Assembly (NCBI GenBank): GCA_002269645.1
Contig: NIVC01000013.1
Location: 248,001-312,000 of the forward strand
Direction of reading: 5' to 3'
Length of the DNA: 64,000 bases
Source of the DNA: Macrostomum lignano
Taxonomy: Eukaryota
The notes beneath the pieces were generated by a model. The model was not told the origin of the DNA. It did no database searches and was given only the letters and a program-made list of their open reading frames with translations. The position numbers and the translations under genes are program-made. Shown here piece by piece: positions 36,485 through 47,715 of the stretch. How positions within the stretch are numbered: the stretch's first letter is position 1; every line of letters starts with the position of its first letter.

Positions 36485-37505
36485 TAGTCAGGATGATGCA
36501 GGGAGGTGTAGTCAGGATTTGATGCAGGGAGGTGTAGTCAGGATTTGATGCAGGGAGGTGTAGTCAGGATTTGATGCAGGGTGGTGTAGTCAGCATTTGA
36601 TGCAGGGAGGTGTAGTCAGGATGATGCAGGGAGGTGTAGTCAGGATTTGATGCAGGGAGGTGTAGTCAGGATTTGATGCAGGGTGGTGTAGTCAGGATGA
36701 TGCAGGGAGGTGTAGTCAGGATTTGATGCAGGGAGGTGTAGTCAGGATTTGATGCAGGGAGGTGTAGTCAGGATTTGATGCAGGGAGGTGTAGTCAGGAT
36801 TTGATGCAGGGAGGTGTAGTCAGGATGATGCAGGGAGGTGTAGTCAGGATGATGCAGGGAGGTGTAGTCAGGATTTGATGCAGGGAGGTGTAGTCAGGAT
36901 GATGCAGGGAGGTGTAGTCAGGATTTGATGCAGGGAGGTGTAGTCAGGATGATGCAGGGAGGTGTAGTCAGGATGATGCAGGGAGGTGTAGTCAGGATTT
37001 GATGCAGGGAGGTGTAGTCAGGATGATGCAGGGAGGTGTAGTCAGGATTTGATGCAGGGAGGTGTAGTCAGGATTTGATGCAGGGAGGTGTAGTCAGGAT
37101 TTGATGCAGGGAGGTGTAGTCAGGATGATGCAGGGAGGTGTAGTCAGGATGATGCAGGGAGGTGTAGTCAGGATTTGATGCAGGGAGGTGTAGTCAGGAT
37201 GATGCAGGGAGGTGTAGTCAGGATTTGATGCAGGGAGGTGTAGTCAGGATGATGCAGGGAGGTGTAGTCAGGATGATGCAGGGAGGTGTAGTCAGGATTT
37301 GATGCAGGGAGGTGTAGTCAGGATGATGCAGGGAGGTGTAGTCAGGATTTGATGCAGGGAGGTGTAGTCAGGATGATGCAGGGAGGTGTAGTCAGGATTT
37401 GATGCAGGGAGGTGTAGTCAGGATTTGATGCAGGGAGGTGTAGTCAGGATGATGCAGGGAGGTGTAGTCAGGATGATGCAGGGAGGTGTAGTCAGGATGA
37501 TGCAG
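36485..37505. repeat. 24/26-bp minisatellite (GATGCAGGGAGGTGTAGTCAGGAT[TT])
   Basis: Directly visible. Confidence 0.95.
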
Positions 37506-38103
37506 GTACTCGTAGTTATGGGGATAATATACAGGGAGTTATGAGAATGATGCAAGGAGTTATGGGGCTGATGCAGGGAGTTATGAGGGTGATGCAGGGA
37601 GTCATGAAGATGATGCAGGGAGTCATGAAGATGATGCAGGGAGTCATGAGTGTGGAAGCAGGTAGTGATACAAATGCAGTCATAACAATGTGCCTATAAA
37701 GGCTGATGGCAAGGGAAAATACAATTGCATTTTCATCTGAAAAATTCGCAAAGCCACATGCTTTGGTTGAGGTTCATGATTGCGGGTATCTGGCCATCTC
37801 TGGTTTGAGCCATAGAGCGACCTGTAGTTGCAATTCGCCCACACAATTATCCAGTTCAATTGGTTATGATAGCCTGACTCAGCTCTAGCAATTAACAATA
37901 AAGATATTAATAGATTGTTATTTTTATTAAGCCATTTCACCATGACTGGAGCTCGAGAGCTCACTCAGCCCCCGGACCAGTGTACTTCCATTAATTTCAA
38001 TTGAAACATTAATAGAGAAACGACCACGGTTCGGGATCAAAGTCAGTCTGTCATGTTTGCGGTGACGGCTCTCGTGACTCATCAACGATCCCCGCGCTCC
38101 TCG

Positions 38104-38550
38104 TTAGCCAAATCGCAGGGTAGAGATTGGCGGTAGCTCGTTGCGCTTCTTGATTGCGGCAGCTTGCAGACGTTTTAGCAGTCTCCTGGTCCATGGGGAG
38201 CCCGCGATGTCGCCTGCGGGTGATTGCAGAAATTACTAATGCAATGCTGGCAGCAATTAATGTGACAGTTCAATGTTTTTGTACATGCCCATTACCATTT
38301 CTACGAGCCAACAGGTCGAGGTAAAGCTGCTCTACATTGTCGTCAGCATCTTTTAGCTCTGGAAATGTTTGCAGGTGTTGATTTATTGTGTTACGTTAAG
38401 CTTAATTTCATAAAAAAAATACGACACGGTCTCACCTGCGTCGCTAATTGAGTCCGAGTTCACTATCGAGTTAGCGTGCGCTGGCGTTGTCAAGGAGAGC
38501 AGCAGCAGCAGCAGCAGGCCGGAACTTGTCAGACAGAAGCAGGTATTCAT
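38104..38550 (-). CDS. RFamide neuropeptide precursor, 2 exons: 38550-38436, 38213-38104 (74 aa)
   Basis: MNTCFCLTSSGLLLLLLLSLTTPAHA-NSIVNSDSISDAGDIAGSPWTRRLLKR-LQAAAIKKR-NELPPISTLRFG-stop. Donor G|GTGAG at 38435 and acceptor CCCGCAG at 38214, both phase 1. Minus-strand AATAAA near 37925. Confidence 0.8.
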
Positions 38551-39827
38551 TTCCAACTCTGAAGATATTCAGCCAACTACTTTTGTCTGTGTTCTCACAG
38601 CAGATTCCTCAATTAGGCTGTGAAGGAGAGGATGGCTGGCATCGACTCTGCCCGAGTATTAATACCACACGGTTGCTCAACCATCGGAGCCTGAGGTTGT
38701 TGCAGAGGCTACTAGAAATTCTATTGGCTGTTCTACCGCAGCCCCTGCTGACTTGACTCTCCGACTCTAGATAATTGCTTTCCATTGTCTTGTTTACGAT
38801 TTGCATAAATTTACAATTCAATAAATGCAACACGGTGCATCTTTTGTGCAGGAAAATTGTATTGTGATTTATGGTGCGACTAATGGTCAGTCGGGACCTG
38901 AGTAGTGCTCAGGGTCACCTTGGTCTGGACAATGCAATTCAAAGAGTACATGGATAACTGCAGTAGAAGGACTTCTGAATGCGCTGGCAATCCGACAAAC
39001 ATCCGTTTTTTACCGGGCGCCAGCTCATTTCTAAGAAAAATGAGTGCAGCGTCCTTCGACATCAGTTTTTCTACGAAAGATTAAGGACTTTCTACGCATA
39101 AATATCTTAAATAAAATAGCAACAAAGCCCCTGTATATAAACTAGCTATACCATTAAAATGATCAAAAATTTCGAGTAGCTTTGGGAACCTGCAGCAGAC
39201 AATCCTCAAGCAGTGTGCTTGACGAGATTTACGAGTTAAATATCCGTCCTAGTGAATTCCTGAAATGTCTCATTTAGCTTGTCAATAATTTTGAAAAATG
39301 CTTTTTTATCTGCTTTATGCGACTATTTTGGTTGAACAAAGTCTCTGAAGGTTATCTAATATCCGTCTGAAATAACTTTAAGGCTGACAAGGTCGATAGT
39401 CAGTAATTTATAGCTACTGGTTGAATAGCCATGCATTATAGGGTTTTCCCGCCAAGCAGGCTATCTTCTGCTGTCGCCAAGCGCACTCGTGCTTTCGAGC
39501 CTCATTGTCTAGCAATTTGACGATCATTATTTGCATTTTTTATGCAGAAAAATACATAAACAGAAAAACAATGCAAAGAATCAGCGGTCGCAGCGCGTGA
39601 CAACGAATTTTCTATGGCTCGCGCCCGGCAGACACTCGTTTATTATTTATTTAACCACTGTTCACTTCTGTCTATGGCCAAAATCATAGCACGGACGAAG
39701 CGCATGCACAGACACAAGCACAGACGGTGGTCTATTCCCACCCGATTTACCGGGCAGAAATATCTCTGCCCTCTGCAGCCCATCAATATTGGTATAATGG
39801 TGTTTAAAAGAAGTAAGGGTTCAGTCA

Positions 39828-40128
39828 GGGGTTGTAGCCTAGTGGTTAGAGCGTCGGACTTACGAATTGAAGGTCGGGGGTTCGATTCCCGATCCCACTG
39901 GAACAATTTGTGTCCTTGAGCAAGGCGCTTAACTTTGCATTGCTTCAGTTCACTTAGCTGTAAAATGGGTACCCCAGCATTATAGCTGGGGTAATTGAAG
40001 GTGTGTATGGCGACCCCCCAGTCCTTGGACTGAACAGCCGTATGCAGTCTTCAGATGCGCCACGAAATAGCTGCGGCTGAGCTGTCGGTTGCACATCTGG
40101 CCCAATTTGGGGTAGGTGTAATCAATTA
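39828..40128 (+). mobile_element. tRNA-derived SINE
   Basis: A box TAGCCTAGTGG, B box GGTTCGATTCCC, then a GTGTCCTTGAGCAAGGCGCTTAAC core and a 3' tail ending GGTGTAATCAATTA; paralog at 42913. Confidence 0.85.
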
Positions 40129-41546
40129 ATATTGTTGATTGTTAAAAAGAAGACATGCTTCTTACTCTCTTGTCACGTGAATTCAGCCAGCTATACTTCC
40201 TGACGAGTTTGTCATGCGGTTGAGCCCCAGCTTAGGTTACTCCAGTTCAGCTGATACAGCTGAGGTTACTCCAGTTCAGCTGATACTGCTGCTCCGAGAT
40301 CAGCAAGATCTTCAAGCAAATTTTCCAATTCCCGATCCAAAGCGTATAGATGCATCCCAACGCAAGGAAGAATGCTTCTCTCAACTTAACTTTAAATGAA
40401 TTAGAGCTTCGACCATAGACTATGAAAATGATTCCATAGACTAAAATTTATCCAAGCGGGTGGAGAAACGAATCTTGCGTCTGATTCACATTGCAATCCA
40501 TGGGCTTCTGGCTCTCGGCAAGAGAAAAGACATTTCTTCCCGCCTTTGCAAATTAGTTGGGAATAGCTACTTCGATGAGAAATGTGTAAATCCTCAGGCC
40601 GCTCTCTCTCTGCCTTCTGGTATATTCCGGTAACACTCGTTATAAGACTGTATGCAAGGAATTCGTTGCAGCCATTTCACAAGTACAAGCAATATACTGC
40701 CGAAAATTTGCAAAAAAAGGAAAGGGAAGAATAAGCCGTCGGTTAGGTGCCTTCCCGCCCACTGATAAAAAAGCCATCCCATTTTTAGAGATGCCAACAA
40801 CGTTTAACCCATGCAACTATCATCTATCGATCTGGCCGCGGGTTGTACCATAGACAAACTCGAGAATACGAAAATTTGTGCTAGGAGTGATCAATGGTTG
40901 AGCCTGCATGGATCTGCATTCGGGTGTGGAAAGTATAATTGTTAAGCTTAAATCTCTAGCTCCATTGTTGAACACGCAGCTCAGACTGTATCGACTGAAC
41001 CAGCGCTTGTTTAATTGTTCGATCAACAAACCATCTCTGCTTATTAGCCGTTTTTGTTATTTCGGAAGCCATTTCAGCCATCGCTGCAAATCATTTTATA
41101 AATAGAAGTTCTGTCGGTAAAAGTAAAAGGCTTTTTTGTCGGCCTCGACTTTCTCTAGCACAAACTGCTTGCCAGTGAGAATATCTAGCTTTGCAAAACC
41201 GGCACTTTTTAAGCCACCCAGCGATGCATTTCAGACTGTCGCAGAGTAGCTTAGTGGCGATGTGATTTAAATTTCTATCTTCAGCGTAAAAGTAGCTAAA
41301 AATGAAAATGCTTTATTAGCTACTAACACAAGCGGGCATCAGTAGCCACCTAGAAGGACTTGGTTTATTTAAATGCCAAGAAATTGGCAAATTATAAAAC
41401 ACTTAACACCAAAAAAACTCGCCTTTTAGCTCCCCTTGTGCACATGCAGAATATCCGTTACCCAATCGTTGAAGTCGTTGAAAATGTCACTTTAGTGTCC
41501 CCGACTGCCAGCAATCCCGCGCGGCCGTCCCCTGTTCTTCCCCTGC

Positions 41547-41745
41547 CCTCCGCAGGGCCCTGCTTGGACTCAACCGCAGGGACATCAGGGCGGTGAGCAT
41601 GGCCCTCTCCGGTCATGGCTGTTTTGCCAGGCATGGGAAAAATCCGCAGCGAGGAATAATACCCTTTCTGCCTATCCGGTGTCGAGAATGCCTAGCAGTC
41701 CATCTGTGAATGCCCCGCCTTTACTCAGGACAGGCTCACCTACCA
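41547..41745 (+). pseudogene. 3' fragment of a non-LTR retrotransposon ORF2 (I/LOA-like C-terminal zinc knuckle)
   Basis: [23 protein letters not shown] then [23 protein letters not shown] resembles the xTGH...CxxC...H..C.CP.F...R C-terminus. Confidence 0.55.
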
Positions 41746-41752
41746 GGTTGAT

Positions 41753-42512
41753 GCATTGTCAGATTGAAGGATTGTCAGATTGAAGGATTGTCAGATTGAA
41801 GGATTGTCAGATTGAAGGATTGTCAGATTGAAGGATTGTCAGATTGAAGGATTGTCAGAGTGAAGGATTGTCAGATTGAAGGATTGTCAGATTGAAGGAT
41901 TGTCAGATTGAAGGATTGTCAGATTGATGGATTGTCAGATTGAAGGATTGTCAGATTGAAGGATTGTCAGATTAAAGGATTGTCAGATTGAAGGATTGTC
42001 AGATTGAAGGATTGTCAGATTGAAGGATTGTCAGATTGAAGGATTGTCAGAGTGATGGATTGTCAGATTGAAGGATTGTCAGATTGAAGGATTGTCAGAT
42101 TGAAGGATTGTCAGATTAAAGGATTGTCAGATTGAAGGATTGTCAGAGTGAAGGATTGTCAGATTGATGGATTGTCAGATTGAAGGATTGTCAGATTGAT
42201 GGATTGTCAGATTGAAGGATTGTCAGATTGAAGGATTGTCAGATTGAAGGATTGTCAGATTGAAGGATTGTCAGATTGAAGGATTGTCAGATTGAAGGAT
42301 TGTCAGATTGAAGGATTGTCAGATTGAAGGATTGTCAGATTGATGGATTGTCAGATTGAAGGATTGTCAGATTGAAGGATTGTCAGATTGAAGGATTGTC
42401 AGATTGATGGATTGTCAGATTGAAGGATTGTCAGATTGATGGATTGTCAGATTGAAGGATTGTCAGATTGATGGATTGTCAGATTGAAGGATTGTCAGAT
42501 TGAAAGATTGTC
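41753..42512. repeat. 16-bp minisatellite (ATTGAAGGATTGTCAG)
   Basis: Directly visible. Confidence 0.95.
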
Positions 42513-42912
42513 AGACCTTGGAGAGAACTGTCCAAATCTGCCTATTCAACCCGAAAAAGAATGAGACCACCAAGCAAATAATCATCTGCTGCACGCTTGA
42601 TTCTATAACACTCGAGCGTAATGGAAACTCTATCAAAATCCGTCGAAGACGTTGACACAAGCCAGAATGCAGCTGGCCTGAGGCTTCATTTTGGTGCCGA
42701 AAAAATATCCGTCTAAATCTCAAATCTCAAATTAAAATTAGTGTTGTTCTGTGTGCATATCAGAATATGTTTTAATTCCGTTACGGTCGAAAAATGCGAA
42801 AAACAAAAGAAATATTTCTTAGAAAATGTAGATATTTTTATTCAATAATTTTATTTTTTTCTGTTGCTATATCAATTAGATCGCTTCAATAAAAATAATA
42901 TAATAATATAGG

Positions 42913-43210
42913 TAATTGATTACACCTGCGCGGGCAAGTCTGCAACCGACAGCTCAGCCGCAGCTATTTGCGCGGCGCACCTGAAGGCTGCGTACGGCTG
43001 TTCAGTCCAAGGACTGGGGGGTTCGCCACACACACCCTCAATTACCCCAGCTAATGCTGGCATCCATTTTACAGCTGGATGAACTGAAGCAATGCAGAGT
43101 TAAGTTTCTTGCTCAAGGACACAAATTGTTCGGAGTGGGATCGGGAATCGAACCCCCGGCCGTGAAGTCGTGAGTCCGACGACGCTCTAACCACTAGGCT
43201 ACAGCCCCCC
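42913..43210 (-). mobile_element. tRNA-derived SINE, second full copy
   Basis: Reverse complement aligns along its length to 39828-40128. Confidence 0.85.
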
Positions 43211-44760
43211 TCATTTAACATAATAAAACTAAAAATCAGCACCTATCGGCGTGCGTATTTAATACTAGTAATAGTAATATTAACAGTAATAATAATAATA
43301 ATAGTAATTGTAACTGTAGAAACCCCAAGGTAACTTTTGAGACTTTTCAATGCATCAGACGTAATCAATAGCGACGAAGAACTGACTGTGGAGTCACCTG
43401 AACTACATGACCACCCATTTGCCTAGCAATACAAAATCGGCATCAGGGGGAGTAGACAGGATTTTTGATTGGATCCCTGCTCTGATGCTTTAGTCCGTTG
43501 TCAAACCAATACTAATTGCTAGTCAAACATATAACCATCGATCAGGTTACATTTTGATTTACTGTCTACTTTGAGCTCATCGCTATTTGCTTTTGGGGAC
43601 AAGTCAGACTTTTTAAAAGTATAGTCAAATAAAGTCGTCAGACTGGGGACAAAAGAAGAATCGACATTGAACGGTAAACATGAGAAGGAGAACAGAAGCC
43701 ACGAAGGAAAAGTCGACAACAGGCCTTGCAAAAGCCATTTGTGCCATTCCGCTGACGACAAAAACTCCACAGTGGAAAGAGCAATAGCAACGGGCACAAA
43801 CAGAGGAAAGGCACACGAAGGGTTTAGAAACAAAACACACACAAACTTGCATACACAGTGCACACCTTTGAAGAGAAACGAAACCAGAGAAGTCTCAGCT
43901 ATATCGCCATTCCCAAGCACTGAGTGTGCACCTACAATGGTGGGGTAAAGCTGTTGCCTAAATGCTAAATATAGTAACTGCAAACGTGTTCCGATGTACG
44001 CTCATGATGTACATGTACGCTCAACTCTGCACTCTCTAAATGGATTGGAAGTGAATGGCCAAGCCTAGCTTCTCGCCCTCCCCCTGCCCTGTAATAAAGA
44101 TGAGCGTTTAATTGTTTCAGCCAGCGGCAGGGGGTGCCAATGCAAACTGTGCTCAACAAGCAGAATTTCTCACAGTCTGACGCTGCCGCAGTGTCTGTAA
44201 AGGTAAACAGCGCTGCGAGGGGCCAGCTGATCTTCTCTGCTTCGGAAGGGGCTCATCTTCATCGTCAGCTTAAAGGACGTCAAAACATTTCAGCAAGCAG
44301 ATCAAGCAACGAAAACGGGATCACAGGAGGTAGTTCTTGACTACTTGACCTGAGAAAGATATCTATTGTATCTGCTTTCAGGTAAATTTTCGTTGCCTTT
44401 ATGGCAATTTTTCATTCATTTCAGCCAAGATACTATCCCTTTAAAACTGTACTTCTTTACTGTAATCTTTTTATTAGTAATTCCGCTAGGAGAAAATCAA
44501 TACTGGTATCCAGAAAGACTGAGGCGATTAAAAATCCCTGAATCCCGGAAGACACTATCGGCAGTAAATCTATAAGCCCCCCCCCCCTACTGTGTTGTTC
44601 CTGACAAACATGACGGGGAAACGGTTTAAAGTGAGATTTTTTACGCAAACTGACAACAAAGCCAGCTAGTAATCTTCAAGATTAAATACTGAGCTGTAAG
44701 TACGAGCTAGCTTTGAAATAATGCAATCTTATCTCTTTTAGAGTCTGGCGCCGCGACAAG

Positions 44761-46812
44761 ATGAGCAGCAGAAAAGCCAACTCGGGGCAGAAGGTCGAGC
44801 AAAATTATGAAAGCAAGGAGAGTCCAGTGGTAAGTGAGGTCGAGGAGAACGAAGAGTTCAAGGACAACCCGGATGAGGTGGCGTGTAACTGGCACCCCAA
44901 GTGCCAACCCCAGTGCTGCCAGTGCTTCGCCCGACCCTCCTGCCTGCTGCTGTGGCTCTGCCTGAGCAGTTTTACTCAAGGCCTGGTCGTGAACGGCTTT
45001 GTCAACTCGGTGCTAACAACCCTCGAGCTGCGATACGATATGACTTCATCCGAGAGCGGACTCATCGCCTCCATGTACGACATCGGGAGTGTGCTCTGCC
45101 TGGTCCCAGTCACCTACATCGGACACCGGTACCGGCGAAGTCGCCTCATCTCCATCGGGCTGCTCATCATGAGCGTCGGATCGTTTGTCTTCACCATTCC
45201 ACAGTTCACCACCGACGCCTACAACTACCAGAGTCCGGTGTCGCCTCTGTGCTACCTGTCCGGCAAGGTCTATCCGGATTTCTGTACCAAGCAGACTCTC
45301 AACAACTACAAGTTCGTGTTTTGGCTCGGACAGTTCCTGCACGGAGTGGGCGCGTCTCCGCTGTACACACTGGCCGTGGCGTACCTTGACGACAACCTGA
45401 CTGTGCAGCAGTCGGGCGCGTTCCTGGGTGCTTACTACATGATGAGCTTGATCGGTCCCGCCATGGGCTACCTTCTTGGCGGCATATTCCTTAATATCTA
45501 CGTCGAGCTGGGCGTGACGCCGTCAGACCTCACGCCAAGCAACACCAGTCTCTGGGTTGGCGCTTGGTGGGTCGGCTTTCTCATTTCTGGAACTCTGTCT
45601 CTTATTATTGTGGTTCCTTTGTTTGGCTTTCCAAAACTTTTCCCCGGATCGGCTCGCATTCAGCACGAGAAAAAACAGGAGACGCATGGCAACTCCGAAG
45701 CGAAATGTGCCGAAATGCAGGAATTAAACGTTAAAGACTTCTGCCCCTCGGTTGGCGTTATCCTGAGCAACCCAGTGTTTGTGTTCATCTCCTTCAGCGG
45801 TGCCGCGGACGCTATCTTAGTAGCCGGACTGTCAACCTTTGGGCCGAAAGTGTTGCAGACTCTGTTCATGGTGAGCGCGAGCACGGCCACCTTCACCATC
45901 GGCCTAGTGTCCGTGCCGAGCGCTGCCATCGGGTTGCTAGTCGGCGGCTTAGTGATTCGCTTCAGCAACTTGCCAGTCCGTAGTCTACTCTGGATGTGCG
46001 TTGGGGTTGCGGCAGTTGACGTGCTATTCGGACTCGGGCTGCTGGCCAAGTGCGACCTGCAGAAGTTTGCAGGTGTCAATCAAAATTACCCGCTTACGCC
46101 AAACCAGTCCAACTCGCTGAATGCTACATGCAACATGAACTGCCACTGTCAGGAGAGCAAGTTCATGTACAGTCCGGTGTGCGGCGCAGACTCCGTCATC
46201 TATTACTCGCCCTGCTACGCAGGCTGTCAAAGCAATGGAACGATGATCAATGGCGCAAATTACTATGCAAACTGCACTTGCATTACCGGACAGATTACAG
46301 CAAACAATTACAACTTCTCAGCTATGGAGGGCACTTGCAAGGACGCCAGCTGCAACAAGATGCCCATTGTGCTAGTAACCATTGGCTTCTTTCTATTTGG
46401 AATTTTCTTCATTTCGATACCCACGCTGCAGTGCACAATGCGAGTCATACCAGCTAGGCTAAAGGACTTCGGCCTGGGCCTGCAGTGGGTGATCCTGAGA
46501 CTGTTCGGAAGCATCCCGGGACCCCTGGTGCTGGGAAAACTGATTGACACCACCTGCAGCCTGTGGACCGGCGGCTGCGGTCATCAGGGCTCGTGCAGCT
46601 TCTACAACGGCGAGAGCTTCTGGGCGATGGTGCTTGGCTTTGCGGCCGTGCTGAAAGCCCTGGAGATTCTGTTCCTGATCCTCGCCGCCGCGCTGTACGT
46701 TCCGCCTGACCAGGTCATTCAGGTTGACGTTGAAATCGAGACCAAACCTGACGGTCAGTTCGCTGGCCCCGAGGCGCACGCCAACGAAGCTTTCAAACCG
46801 GACATTGCCTGA
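44761..46812 (+). CDS. Organic anion transporting polypeptide (SLCO/OATP, OATP4-like), paralog A, intronless CDS, 683 aa
   Basis: QGLVVNGF, LELRYDMTSSESGLIASMYDIG, FLHGVGASPLYTLAVAYLDDN, WVGAWWVGF, Kazal-like CNMNCHC...PVCGAD...YYSPCYAGC, GSIPGPLVLGKLIDTTC. Confidence 0.95.
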   Translation: MSSRKANSGQKVEQNYESKESPVVSEVEENEEFKDNPDEVACNWHPKCQPQCCQCFARPSCLLLWLCLSSFTQGLVVNGFVNSVLTTLELRYDMTSSESGLIASMYDIGSVLCLVPVTYIGHRYRRSRLISIGLLIMSVGSFVFTIPQFTTDAYNYQSPVSPLCYLSGKVYPDFCTKQTLNNYKFVFWLGQFLHGVGASPLYTLAVAYLDDNLTVQQSGAFLGAYYMMSLIGPAMGYLLGGIFLNIYVELGVTPSDLTPSNTSLWVGAWWVGFLISGTLSLIIVVPLFGFPKLFPGSARIQHEKKQETHGNSEAKCAEMQELNVKDFCPSVGVILSNPVFVFISFSGAADAILVAGLSTFGPKVLQTLFMVSASTATFTIGLVSVPSAAIGLLVGGLVIRFSNLPVRSLLWMCVGVAAVDVLFGLGLLAKCDLQKFAGVNQNYPLTPNQSNSLNATCNMNCHCQESKFMYSPVCGADSVIYYSPCYAGCQSNGTMINGANYYANCTCITGQITANNYNFSAMEGTCKDASCNKMPIVLVTIGFFLFGIFFISIPTLQCTMRVIPARLKDFGLGLQWVILRLFGSIPGPLVLGKLIDTTCSLWTGGCGHQGSCSFYNGESFWAMVLGFAAVLKALEILFLILAAALYVPPDQVIQVDVEIETKPDGQFAGPEAHANEAFKPDIA

Positions 46813-47715
46813 ACCATTTTTTAAAGAATTCCAGATCCGCGTCTGTGTAATGCAGCTTTTTAATGTGCGACTTATTTTTTGTTTTATTTTCCTGCTGAAT
46901 GTTTTTAATCACTGTTAATTTTATCCTACGTTGTTCGAGCAATGTAATTCATAATACTGCAACTTCTGGTGGTTTTCGTCTAATCTATTTACCAACAGTT
47001 TTACTGCGTGCCTAGTTACTTGCACTTTTAAGCTCTTTTTATTCTCACCGTGTTTAGCACAATATATCTTCCGTGCAGCATGGATACTAAAGTGTGCAGT
47101 AATTGTAATTATCCGATTTTAAATGCTTTAAAAATACACGCTATTAACGCTCTTTGTAGTTCAGTTGATATCAGAGACTATGAAATTACAGTACTATTTC
47201 ACTCCTCTTTGCTGTGATGATAAAAACTATGCTTACCCTTTCAGCGCCACTTCGTGTATAAAAGTATCTTTTTGACTCGCATTACGCTTGTATCTGACAT
47301 TTTATTAAATATTTATTGACTAAAAAATGTGTGTTTTATAAATATTCTTTGGCATACAAACTAACCGAGACCTGTAACAGACAAAAACTTAAAAGTCATT
47401 TAAAATATTTAGCATGTACTTAACAAGTAGTTACCTTAACTGCTTTCAAAATGGTGCAAAAGATAAAAAAATAAATCTTTTGGTTTGCATACAGATGCGC
47501 CGCTTTTAATAGAAACGCTCGGGAAAAAGGCATCTGTACTTTGCAGAAAGACCAAAACACCGCAGCAGACAAAAAGTGAAAACGGTTCCGCAAGCCATAG
47601 ACAACGAAATCGCAAGTTTATGCGACCGATTATATAAAGCTTACCAGGCCGAAAATCTTGGAAGAATAATTCTAACAAGAAAGAATCAAACAAAAGCTTT
47701 TTACAAAAAAATCAA

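Noticed and set aside
39828-39900. Functional tRNA gene
   Set aside because: A and B boxes are present but there is no proper acceptor stem or anticodon arm, and it continues into SINE body shared with other copies.
40450-41250. Coding-looking minus-strand segment with several stops
   Set aside because: May be a decayed transposase, but I could not identify any motif; needs tBLASTx.
43667-43948. 93-aa ORF upstream of SLCO paralog A
   Set aside because: No recognisable domain and no frame-consistent splice link to SLCO.
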